This document shows positions 38,481 to 49,870 of a stretch of DNA of 64,000 bases, piece by piece (the stretch's first letter is position 1; the number at the start of each line of letters is the position of its first letter). The stretch is from the NCBI GenBank assembly GCA_044869275.1, contig JBIOXB010000197.1, forward strand, positions 1-64,000, written 5' to 3'. Position numbers and translations under genes: made by a program. The notes below the pieces were generated by a model. It had not been told where the DNA came from and made no database searches. It saw only the letters and a list, made by a program, of their open reading frames with translations. The stretch comes from a bacterium (GTDB lineage Bacteria; Zhuqueibacterota; Zhuqueibacteria; Zhuqueibacterales; Zhuqueibacteraceae).

Positions 38481-39137
38481 TTATGACCTGCTCTTCGAAG
38501 AAGCTCTTTTCTATTTGCTTTTTTCTCTTTGCCGTTTGCTCTCCCGCATTGGCGCAATCTCTGCAAGTGCCTTACCTCGCCGGCCGCGTCAATGACACCG
38601 CGGGCCTGCTGTCGCAAGCCACCATCGAAGAATTAGAGGCGGCGCTCAAGGCGCATGAGGATTCCACCTCCAACCAAGTCGTCGTGCTCACACTTCCCGG
38701 CTTGCAAGGCGAAGCGTTGGAAGACTACTCCATGCGCGTGGTGGAAACATGGAAAATCGGCCAGGCGAACAGCGACAATGGCGTGCTGTTGCTGATCGTG
38801 CGCGACGAGCGCAAAATGCGTATCGAGGTGGGCAGCGGATTGGAAGGCGACCTGCCGGACATTACCTGCGGCCGCATCATTCGCCATGAGATCACCCCGC
38901 GTTTTCGCGACGGCGATTACGACGGCGGCGTGCGCGCGGGCGTGCGCGGTATTCTCGCCGCGATTGCAGGCGCATACACCGCCGGCGGGACGGAAGAATC
39001 CTCCGAGTTCAATTGGGCCGGGCGGCGGCTGGCGCGGCTCGAGCAGTGGCGGGTCCTGGCGTGGCAGCTCCTCGGGAAGCAGTTTCTCGGGCGGTGGGGG
39101 AAGCTTCTCCGGCGGAGGCGCCTCGGGAAGCTGGTGA
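38477..39137 (+). pseudogene. TPM (YgcG-like) protein with frameshift and probable internal deletion
   Basis: TPM domain (GRVND.AGLLS...DNGVLLL...RIEVG.GLEG.LPD) is in one frame; Gly/Ser tail GGGGSFSGGGASGSW* is in another; no TM segment between them. Confidence 0.8.
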
Positions 39138-39234
39138 GGCAAAAAACCAAAAAATCAAAGCTCAAATTCCAAAAATCAGATCCAAGCCTGATGGCCGCTT
39201 CATGAAACAAAACAAGGGCCCGCTAAAGTTTCCA

Positions 39235-39263
39235 TTGACAGGCCAGATGGCCCATATTATATT
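39235..39263 (+). promoter_or_regulatory. Sigma70-like promoter
   Basis: TTGACA-N17-TATATT upstream of 39320. Confidence 0.6.
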
Positions 39264-39319
39264 GCCAGCGAAGGTTTCATTTGCCGAAGTCGCCAACTCA
39301 TTCATGAGGTCGAAGCCGC

Positions 39320-39922
39320 ATGGGAAAGCACGATTCAGAAGACGATCCGACCAAAAGAAAAAGCGCCTTCAAGGCGAAAAACGCCGACCGGGCGATGGAC
39401 AATATGTTCCGCATCGTCATGGCCAACCATTTTCAATTGAGCGCCATGGCCGATTCCAAAGCCAACATGATGATCACGGTCTGTGCATTGATCCTCAGCT
39501 TATCGCTGGGCAAAATCACGGACCCTTCGCTGTTCCCCACGGTGGTGTGTATGGGCCTCACTTGCGTGTTCACAATTCTGCTGGCGGTCTATGCCACCAT
39601 GCCCAACTTGCCGCCGCGCCTGGCTCCGCCGATCAATCCGCGTGCGCCCGGCTTCAATCTCATTTTCTTCGGCCATTTCAGCCAGCTCGATTTTGAGACC
39701 TTTTTTCGCGAGATCGAGCAGGTGGTGAATGACCGCGCGCTGGTTTATGAATCGCTGGCGAGAGATTTGTACCGCCTGGGCAAAGTTTTGAGCGAGCGCA
39801 AATACCGCTTCGTGCGCTACAGCTATATGGTGTTCATGGCGGGCTTGGTGATCAGCCTGTTGGTGATGATCGTCACCTTGTCCGTGCCGGCGGAAACACC
39901 GCCGGCCGCCACCGGTCCTTAG
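39320..39922 (+). CDS. Pycsar effector-like membrane protein (DUF5706/PycTM-like)
   Basis: LSAMADSKANMMI, two TM helices, NLIFFGHF, DLY.LGKVL..KY..VRYSY..FM.GL. Confidence 0.8.
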   Translation: MGKHDSEDDPTKRKSAFKAKNADRAMDNMFRIVMANHFQLSAMADSKANMMITVCALILSLSLGKITDPSLFPTVVCMGLTCVFTILLAVYATMPNLPPRLAPPINPRAPGFNLIFFGHFSQLDFETFFREIEQVVNDRALVYESLARDLYRLGKVLSERKYRFVRYSYMVFMAGLVISLLVMIVTLSVPAETPPAATGP

Positions 39923-40018
39923 CGGTGGTCGTTGAAAACGCGTTCGCGCCGTCGCGCGGCGAGCGCCGGACCAAAGCGGTTTTCACCTCCACACTTCGAT
40001 AATGCTGAGATAAGCGCC

Positions 40019-41098
40019 ATGCCTTTCTTCGACACGCCTGAAGAATTACTTGCCCGCGTTTATTTCAACAACTCCCTGGGCGCCTGGCTGGGCGCCCTGC
40101 TCTCCGCCCTGGCCACGCCGTTGGTGATCGGTCTTTTGCGGCGCTTCGCCAAAAAGCGTGTGCAGGCGTTGGCGCAAACGACCCCCACGAAAGTCGATGA
40201 CTTTCTCATCGAGTCGCTGCAGCACACACGCCGTTTTTTCCTGTTCGCGCTGGCATTGTATTTCGGCACGCGGCCGCTGGCGCTGCCCAATCGTCTGGCA
40301 ACTTTCATCGACCTTTTTGTCATCAGTCTCACCCTGCTGCAAGTCGGCATTTGGGGCAACAACCTCATCACCTCCTGGGTCAGGCACTATACGCGGGAAC
40401 GCGTGTCCCAAGACGCGGCCAGCGCGACTTCGATTGCCGCGATCGGGTTCATGGCAAAAATCGTGCTCTGGGTCGTGACCCTGCTGGTGGCGCTCGACAA
40501 TTTGGGCGTGAACATTACGGCGTTGGTGGCGGGGCTCGGCATCGGCGGCATCGCGGTGGCGTTGGCCGCGCAGAATATTTTAGGGGATTTGTTTGCCTCG
40601 CTTTCGATCGTCATCGACAAGCCCTTCGTGCTGGGCGATACCATTTTCGTGGGTGAATTCGTCGGCACGGTGGAACACATCGGCTTGAAAACCACGAGGC
40701 TGCGCAGCATCTCCGGCGAGCAATTAATTATTACCAATAGCGACTTGCTGCGAAGCCGGATCCGAAACTTCAGACGCATGAGCGAGCGGCGTGTGGTTTT
40801 CACCGTGGGCGTCGTTTATCAAACTCCGGAAGACAAACTGGCGAGAATCCCGCAAATCATTCGCGAATACATTGAAGCCCAACCGCTCACGCGCTTCGAC
40901 CGCGCACACTTCAAGGGCTTCGGCAGTTTCTCGCTGGATTTCGAAGCGGTCTATTTCGTTCTGAGTCCGGACTATCTCACCTACATGGACACGCAGCAAG
41001 CGATCAACCTTGCCCTCTTGCAGAGCTTCGCGGAAGAAGAGATCGCGTTTGCATATCCGACGCAGACGATTTATCTGCCCAAGGAAAATATCGCATAA
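40019..41098 (+). CDS. Mechanosensitive channel, MscS family
   Basis: ITALVAGLGIGGIAVALAAQ, DKPFVLGD, GTVEHIGLKTTR and FAYPTQT motifs. Confidence 0.92.
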   Translation: MPFFDTPEELLARVYFNNSLGAWLGALLSALATPLVIGLLRRFAKKRVQALAQTTPTKVDDFLIESLQHTRRFFLFALALYFGTRPLALPNRLATFIDLFVISLTLLQVGIWGNNLITSWVRHYTRERVSQDAASATSIAAIGFMAKIVLWVVTLLVALDNLGVNITALVAGLGIGGIAVALAAQNILGDLFASLSIVIDKPFVLGDTIFVGEFVGTVEHIGLKTTRLRSISGEQLIITNSDLLRSRIRNFRRMSERRVVFTVGVVYQTPEDKLARIPQIIREYIEAQPLTRFDRAHFKGFGSFSLDFEAVYFVLSPDYLTYMDTQQAINLALLQSFAEEEIAFAYPTQTIYLPKENIA

Positions 41099-41105
41099 TT
41101 CCGAG

Positions 41106-41143
41106 GGCCCGAGTACTGCTTGCAGGCGTGCTCCGGCCTTTTT
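41106..41143 (+). terminator. Terminator-like hairpin, duplicated at 44292-44332
   Basis: GGCCCGAGTAC...GTGCTCCGGCC followed by TTTTT. Confidence 0.6.
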
Positions 41144-41176
41144 CTTTGCTTTGGTTCATCCGGCTCAAGGAGGTCG

Positions 41177-41617
41177 ATGATGAAACTATTGAAGCTTGCG
41201 CACGTTCCGCCCGTCGTCGTTGCGCCGCAGGCGAGCGTACACATGGCAGTGGAGAGCATGTGTGAAGCGAGAGTCGGCGCCGTGGGCGTGGTCGAGAACG
41301 GCAAATTGATCGGCATCTTTACCGAGCGTGATCTCATGCGGCGCGTGGTCAGGCCCAATCTTAATCCGCATGAAACCTCAGTGGCAGAGGTGATGACGCG
41401 CGAACCGTTCGTGGCGCCCGCCGAAATGGAAGTGAGCGATGCCTTCGAATTCATGGCCGACAAGCATTTGCGCCATCTTCCCATCACCGATCCCTCTGGC
41501 ACCTTGCAGGGCATGCTGTCGGTGCGCCACCTGATGCGCCATATTGTCGAGCATCTTTCACATGAGCTGGAGGGCATGAATGCCTATTTCAGCGCGGATG
41601 GTCCCGGCGGAGGTTGA
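41177..41617 (+). CDS. CBS-domain protein, copy 1
   Basis: GIFTERD, VMT, RHLPI and GMLSVRHL; AGGAGG RBS. Confidence 0.9.
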   Translation: MMKLLKLAHVPPVVVAPQASVHMAVESMCEARVGAVGVVENGKLIGIFTERDLMRRVVRPNLNPHETSVAEVMTREPFVAPAEMEVSDAFEFMADKHLRHLPITDPSGTLQGMLSVRHLMRHIVEHLSHELEGMNAYFSADGPGGG

Positions 41618-41659
41618 ATCAAGCCATGCATCAGTATTCCTTGTGGGGGGTGATTTCGA

Positions 41660-41876
41660 GTCAGGCTGAGCGTAGTCGAAGTCTAATCATTGATTTTAGC
41701 TCCCTTCGACTCCGCTCGGGGTGACACTAGCTTACGTTTTCACTCAGGCTGATTCAGACTGTGTGAAAACGCTTGGTTTCAACGCCGGCTGAGCTTGTCG
41801 AAGCCGGATTTTTTGAACTTAGCACCCTTCGACAAGCTCGGGGTGCGGCATTCCCATGTTTTCACTCAGGCTGATT
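41660..41876. mobile_element. Tandem MITE/REP-like elements
   Basis: 41755-41873 is bounded by CAGACTGTGTGAAAAC and GTTTTCACTCAGGCTG and contains inverted CTGAGCTTGTCGAAG cores. The preceding unit ends in the same GTTTTCACTCAGGCTGATT. Confidence 0.75.
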
Positions 41877-42064
41877 CATCCTGAATGGCATAAGCCGGAC
41901 AAGCCGGAAACCCAAAAGTCAAAGCACAAAATCCAAAAGTGGCATTGAATTTTGAGTTTTGGATTTTGAATTTCTTTGCTAAAAAAGCACAGATTGCACT
42001 TATTATGGAATAACGAATTGGCCATGCACTAGCCGTTGGTGATTTTTTGAAGGAGAACAGTGAA

Positions 42065-43921
42065 ATGTCCTATCAATGGCGTCGTTCTCTTCAAGTTGCA
42101 AGCAGCTTTTCACTCCTCCAATTGCTGCTGCTCGTCACCAGCAGCGCGAGCAACGGCCAGACTGAGAAACCGGTGCTTCATGGCCGGCATTGGATGGCCA
42201 TCACCGGCAAACCCCTCGGCGCAACGGCCGGCGCCAAAATCTTCGAGGCCGGCGGCAATGCCGTCGATGCGACTTGCGCCATGCTCGGCGCGGTCTGCAC
42301 CATGTGGGATGTCTTGAGCTGGGGCGGAGAAACGCAGGCCCTCATTTATGATCCCAAGACCAAGAAAGTCTACGGCATTAATGCCCTCGGCGTGGCCCCG
42401 ACAGGCGCGACGCCGGATTTCTTCAAAAACAAAAGGCTGAAACATCCGCCCGCTTACGGCCCGTTGGCGGCGGTGACACCAGGAACTCCGGGCGGCTTGA
42501 TGGTGATGCTCGCCGAGTTTGGAACGATGAGCCTCAAGCAGGTGCTGGCGCCGGCGATGCAAATGGCAGAGGGTTACCCGATTGAGGCCGGAACCGCAAA
42601 CAGCATCGAGCGAGAAAAAGAAAAAATCAAACAATGGCCGTATTCCAAAAAAGTTCTCCTACCGCATCTCGGCGCGAAACGTGAAGCGCCGCAGCCGGGC
42701 GAGATTTTCCGCCAGCAAGATTTATTCATCACCCTGCAGAAATTGGTTGAAGCCGAACAGCAAGCGCTGGCCGCGGGAAAGGATCGCAAGCAAGCGATCT
42801 ATGCTGCGTATGATCGTTTTTATAAAGGAGATCTTGCCCAAGAATTCGTTCGCGGCGCGCGCGAGCAAGGCGGGCTAATGACCACGGAGGATTTGGCGAA
42901 TTGGAAGGTGCATATCGAAGAGCCGGTGATGACCATTTACAAAGGCCTCGAGGTTTACAAGCTCACCTGCTGGGTGCAAGGTCCGGTCATGCTGCAAGCG
43001 CTCAACATGTTGGAGCCGCTCGATCTAAAAGCCATGGGCTTCAACAGCGCGAAGTACATCCACACGCTTTATCAAGTAATGAACCTCGCCTTTGCCGATC
43101 GCGATTTCTACTACGGTGATCCCTATTATCCACCGCAGGAACCGATCAAAGGCTTGCTCTCCAAAGCGTATGCGCAGGAACGGCTGAAACTGATCAACTG
43201 GGAAAAGAACGATCCGGAGACAAAACCCGGCGATCCGTATCCTTTCGAAGGAAAGCAAAATCCTTTTCAAGAGCTTTTGCAGAAATGGACGAACGTTGAC
43301 ACCACGAAAACCGCCGCGCTGAATGATGAGAACTCTCTCGCCGGCACCACTTCGATTCAAGCCGCGGACAAGGAAGGCTGGCTGGTTTCCGTCACGCCAA
43401 GCGGCGGCTGGATTCCAGCTTGCATCGCCGGCAATACCGGCATGGGTATGAGCCAGCGCATGCAGAGCTTTGTTCTGTATGAGCGCGAGAATCCGTTCAA
43501 CGTGGTTGCGCCCGGCAAAAGGCCGCGCGCCACTTTGACGCCGACTCTAGCCCTTAAAGAGGGCAAACCGCTGTTGGCCTTCTCGGTACAGGGCAGCGAT
43601 ACGCAGGATCAAAACCTGCTGCAGTTCTTTCTGAACGTTGTGGAGTTCGGCATGAACGTGCAAGAAGCCTGCGAAGCGCCCAATATCGTGAGTTATCAAA
43701 TGCGGAGCTCCTTTGACGAGCACGACGCCAAACCAGGTAATCTCACACTCAATGAAGCCGTTCCTCCCTGGGTGCGCGCCGAGCTGGCCAGAATGGGATA
43801 CAAGCTGGCGTATAGAAAAAAGACTTCCGGACCCATTACGGCGATCTATTCGGATTGGCAACAGGGCACGCTCTGGGGCGGGGCGAGCAATTATGAGGAT
43901 GATTATGGGATTGCCTGGTAG
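42065..43921 (+). CDS. ggt: Gamma-glutamyltransferase
   Basis: GGNAVDA, AVTPG, AFADRD.YYGDP, nucleophile GTTS...AD, PGKRP..TLTP; signal peptide. Confidence 0.92.
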   Translation: MSYQWRRSLQVASSFSLLQLLLLVTSSASNGQTEKPVLHGRHWMAITGKPLGATAGAKIFEAGGNAVDATCAMLGAVCTMWDVLSWGGETQALIYDPKTKKVYGINALGVAPTGATPDFFKNKRLKHPPAYGPLAAVTPGTPGGLMVMLAEFGTMSLKQVLAPAMQMAEGYPIEAGTANSIEREKEKIKQWPYSKKVLLPHLGAKREAPQPGEIFRQQDLFITLQKLVEAEQQALAAGKDRKQAIYAAYDRFYKGDLAQEFVRGAREQGGLMTTEDLANWKVHIEEPVMTIYKGLEVYKLTCWVQGPVMLQALNMLEPLDLKAMGFNSAKYIHTLYQVMNLAFADRDFYYGDPYYPPQEPIKGLLSKAYAQERLKLINWEKNDPETKPGDPYPFEGKQNPFQELLQKWTNVDTTKTAALNDENSLAGTTSIQAADKEGWLVSVTPSGGWIPACIAGNTGMGMSQRMQSFVLYERENPFNVVAPGKRPRATLTPTLALKEGKPLLAFSVQGSDTQDQNLLQFFLNVVEFGMNVQEACEAPNIVSYQMRSSFDEHDAKPGNLTLNEAVPPWVRAELARMGYKLAYRKKTSGPITAIYSDWQQGTLWGGASNYEDDYGIAW

Positions 43922-44154
43922 AACGGAACACGCCCAATGCCCACAAATGAGGCAAGGGATCATCGCAGCGCTGCCATTCTTTCCTGCAATGGGCGCATTT
44001 CAAAAATTCCGGTGGTTTTTTCTTTGCAAAATCGAGAACGGAGGCGGCGAACTTCGTACAGTTGGGAATTTTCCGCCCATGGGCGCATATTCTCGGAACC
44101 TGCCAAATCGTGTATGCTCAACAGTTTAGCACACCGGTCCGGCTTTATGTGACA

Positions 44155-44170
44155 TGGCATCGGCTTTGCT
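44155..44170 (+). promoter_or_regulatory. Sigma54 -24/-12 promoter
   Basis: TGGCATCGGCTTTGCT (GG-N10-GC), with palindromic motifs 70-220 nt upstream. Confidence 0.65.
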
Positions 44171-44369
44171 TTTATCTAAATTGCTGCCAGCTCACGCAAA
44201 GCTGAAGAGTGAGATGGTAAAGCAATCGGCGGGGTGATAATATGTTGCCAGAGACCGGATTTCTCATCCGCAATTCAATGGTGCAAACCATAAGGCCTGA
44301 GTACAACCTGATAAGCGTGCTCAGGCCTTTTTCATTTCATTCCACTTATTCCACGCCAGGAGGTTGATA

Positions 44370-44810
44370 ATGAAGCTCATGAGAATTGCGCGCGTACCGC
44401 CGATCGTGGTGAAGCCATACGATCGTGCACAGCTTGCGGTTGAGAGAATGTGCGAGGCCGGCGTGGGCGCCGTCGTCGTGGTGGATGAAGAGCAGCGGCC
44501 GGTGGGTATTTTCACCGAACGCGATCTCATGCGCCGCTTGGTGCGTCCCCGTCTGGATCCCCACGAAATTCTGGTGTCCGAAGTGATGACCCGCGATCCG
44601 CTGGTGGCGCCACAGGAGATGGAAGCGAGCGAGGCTTTCGAATTCATGACCGACAAGCATTTTCGCCATCTGCCCATCACCGATCATTTCGGCAGATTGC
44701 AGGGCATGCTGTCGGTGCGCCACCTCATGCGCCACGTGGTTGAGCATCTCTCGCACGAGCTGGAGGGCATGAATGCCTATTTGAGCGTCGATGGGCCGGG
44801 AGGGGATTAG
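44370..44810 (+). CDS. CBS-domain protein, copy 2
   Basis: Close paralog of 41177..41617; AGGAGG RBS. Confidence 0.9.
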   Translation: MKLMRIARVPPIVVKPYDRAQLAVERMCEAGVGAVVVVDEEQRPVGIFTERDLMRRLVRPRLDPHEILVSEVMTRDPLVAPQEMEASEAFEFMTDKHFRHLPITDHFGRLQGMLSVRHLMRHVVEHLSHELEGMNAYLSVDGPGGD

Positions 44811-44858
44811 CTGGGCGGTTCTCTATCCTTGGAACAATCAATCAAGAAGGAGTTTGGT

Positions 44859-45338
44859 ATGCGAACACTTCAATCCATTAAAGCAAATCTCGACGCGCAA
44901 AGAATCCCATACGAGATCATTCATCATCGCCGGGATTACACCGCGCCGGAAACCGCCGCGCATACGCACACGCCGGGCAAGTTTTTTGCGAAAACAGTCA
45001 TCATGGAAGTGGATCGCAAACTCTGCATGTTCGTCATGCCGGCGAGCGATCATATCGATCTGGAGAAAGTGCGGCGGGCGTTGCACGCCAAAGAAGTCCA
45101 TCTCGCCAGCGAAAGCGAAGTGGCGCGCGCCTGCCCCGATTGCGAAACCGGCGCCATGCCGCCGTTCGGACAGTATTACCAACTGCCCGTTTACGTGAGC
45201 CACAGGCTGATCGAAGATCACATGATCACCTTCAATGCGGGCACGCATGAAGAAGTGATACGCATGGTGTATCAGGATTACGCCAAGCTCGCGCGTCCGG
45301 TCGTGATGAACTTCACCATAACGGCGAGCAAAACGTGA
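44859..45338 (+). CDS. YbaK/EbsC family aminoacyl-tRNA deacylase-like protein
   Basis: YTA.ETA, AKTVI, CE.GAMPPFG and FNAGTH motifs. Confidence 0.88.
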   Translation: MRTLQSIKANLDAQRIPYEIIHHRRDYTAPETAAHTHTPGKFFAKTVIMEVDRKLCMFVMPASDHIDLEKVRRALHAKEVHLASESEVARACPDCETGAMPPFGQYYQLPVYVSHRLIEDHMITFNAGTHEEVIRMVYQDYAKLARPVVMNFTITASKT

Positions 45339-45453
45339 TTTAAGGTAGTTGCACGCACAACGGGGATCGTCTGGAAACCACTACCTGTGAGGAAATTATG
45401 AATGTTGGAGAGATGAATTGCCCGTGGTTAACGCAAGAATGGAGGGATCTATT

Positions 45454-45867
45454 ATGCATGCAAGATCTCACAGAATCAGTGAAGAGGGCACCGCCTCCGT
45501 CATCAGCAGCATCCCCGCCGCGTTGAAAGCGGCCGTGCCGGGATCCGGCCTGCTGGTGAGCTATTATCTGATTGCTTTTCACATGATGATGATGTTCTAT
45601 CTCACGCTCATCGCCGTGGCCATCTTTGTGGGAAAGGAGGGCAAGAGCCCGAGTTTGATGGCATTTATCATACTCTGGCACCTCCTGGCAATTCCGGTGT
45701 GGCTGCTGCGAATGGCGACGCTTAAAATCTGCCGCACGCCCATCGGAATGCTGGTGTGCTTCGCGCTTTTGGTTGCCCTGGCCGTCGGTCTGCAGCAGCA
45801 ACTGGCGGTGGCGCTTTCAAACCTCATGCTTTGGATGAGCACGGCCCTGGCAGAGTTGATGTCGTAG
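45454..45867 (+). CDS. Hypothetical membrane protein
   Basis: GGAGGG RBS; 3-4 hydrophobic segments. Confidence 0.55.
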   Translation: MHARSHRISEEGTASVISSIPAALKAAVPGSGLLVSYYLIAFHMMMMFYLTLIAVAIFVGKEGKSPSLMAFIILWHLLAIPVWLLRMATLKICRTPIGMLVCFALLVALAVGLQQQLAVALSNLMLWMSTALAELMS

Positions 45868-46035
45868 CGGTAATGCGCAGGCGCTTTATGGATTGATGCA
45901 ACGAGCGGTGGTCGGCAATTTATTTGACGCCCTCGTGGCGCGCGTTCTGCATTTGCTCTTCTTCTTCCTGGTCAAAACTGGCATTGAACGCGCGGGTCTA
46001 CTTTTTTTCCAACCGGCTTACAGTTCTTGGGGCTC

Positions 46036-49050
<3,015 letters not shown>

Positions 49051-49077
49051 GGCATTGCAATGGTAAAGTTGGTTCTA

Positions 49078-49180
49078 TGACACTCTTACTCCTACTCCGG
49101 CTCTTCCTCCTCAGCGCTTTTCAAATCTTAGGAGCGAATAGGAGTGAGCGCAGGAGCACGAGTAAGAGTAGGCGCAGAAG
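49078..49180. repeat. Inverted hexamer repeat cluster
   Basis: CTCTTA CTCCTA CTCCGG CTCTTC ... TAGGAG CAGGAG CACGAG TAAGAG. Confidence 0.75.
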
Positions 49181-49324
49181 GATGGGTAATACCCGTAAAA
49201 GTTCTACTGGTTTAAAACCGGCGGGAAATATAAGAAGAAAATTTCGGAAAGCAAACGAGGGATTTTGCCAAGCAACAGATTATTCCGTGCGCGCTGCGCC
49301 GGCCGTGTTTGGCGCAACATGCCA

Positions 49325-49352
49325 TAGAGACGTCCCGCCGGGACGTCTCTAC
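49325..49352. repeat. GTAG-type REP palindrome
   Basis: TAGAGACGTCCCGCCGGGACGTCTCTAC; reads GTAG at the 5' end of the minus strand. Confidence 0.75.
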
Positions 49353-49404
49353 GCCGGCCGTCGCGCAGGTCGTTTTGGCCATTGGCCATGATTTACCTCG
49401 TGCC

Positions 49405-49773
49405 TCAATGCGCGGTTACCGGCCTGGCTTCTTTGCCGTATTTCTGCGTGGTGTAGCCGAGGAGCAATCCCACGATCGTCCCGGGGATCATGATTTCCAG
49501 CCAGTAATGCTTGCCCGTGGCAGGATCTGGCATGACCGCCACTAAAAAGGCGAGCAGCAGGCCAATGGCGCCGCCAAAGATAATGCCTTTTTGCAGCGAA
49601 TTCACTTTACGCGCGAAGAAGCCGATGATCACACCCGCGATCAATCCCTTGAGCGAAGACCACATCACGATCGAGCCGATTTGCGGCGCTGCTTCCGGCG
49701 TGAACAATGCGGTGAGGCCGTCAAACGCGCCCAGCACCGTGCCCAAAATCAAACCAAGCAAAGGTTTGGACAT
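49405..49773 (-). CDS. Small 4-TM membrane protein
   Basis: AAGGAGG RBS; Gly-rich TM helices. Confidence 0.8.
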   Translation of the reverse strand: MSKPLLGLILGTVLGAFDGLTALFTPEAAPQIGSIVMWSSLKGLIAGVIIGFFARKVNSLQKGIIFGGAIGLLLAFLVAVMPDPATGKHYWLEIMIPGTIVGLLLGYTTQKYGKEARPVTAH

Positions 49774-49870
49774 TTTTCCTCCTTATCGGTGGTTAGCATT
49801 GGTGAATAGAATTGTCTCTTGATCGAAGAGGTTCTCTTCCTCCATTCATTAAACGTTTTCCACGGTTTCT

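Noticed and set aside
39000..39030. Programmed ribosomal frameshift in the TPM gene
   Set aside because: There is no slippery heptamer, and the TM region is missing, which frameshifting would not restore.
39320..41617. Complete Pycsar/CBASS defence system
   Set aside because: No cyclase or nucleotidyltransferase gene is present in the window.
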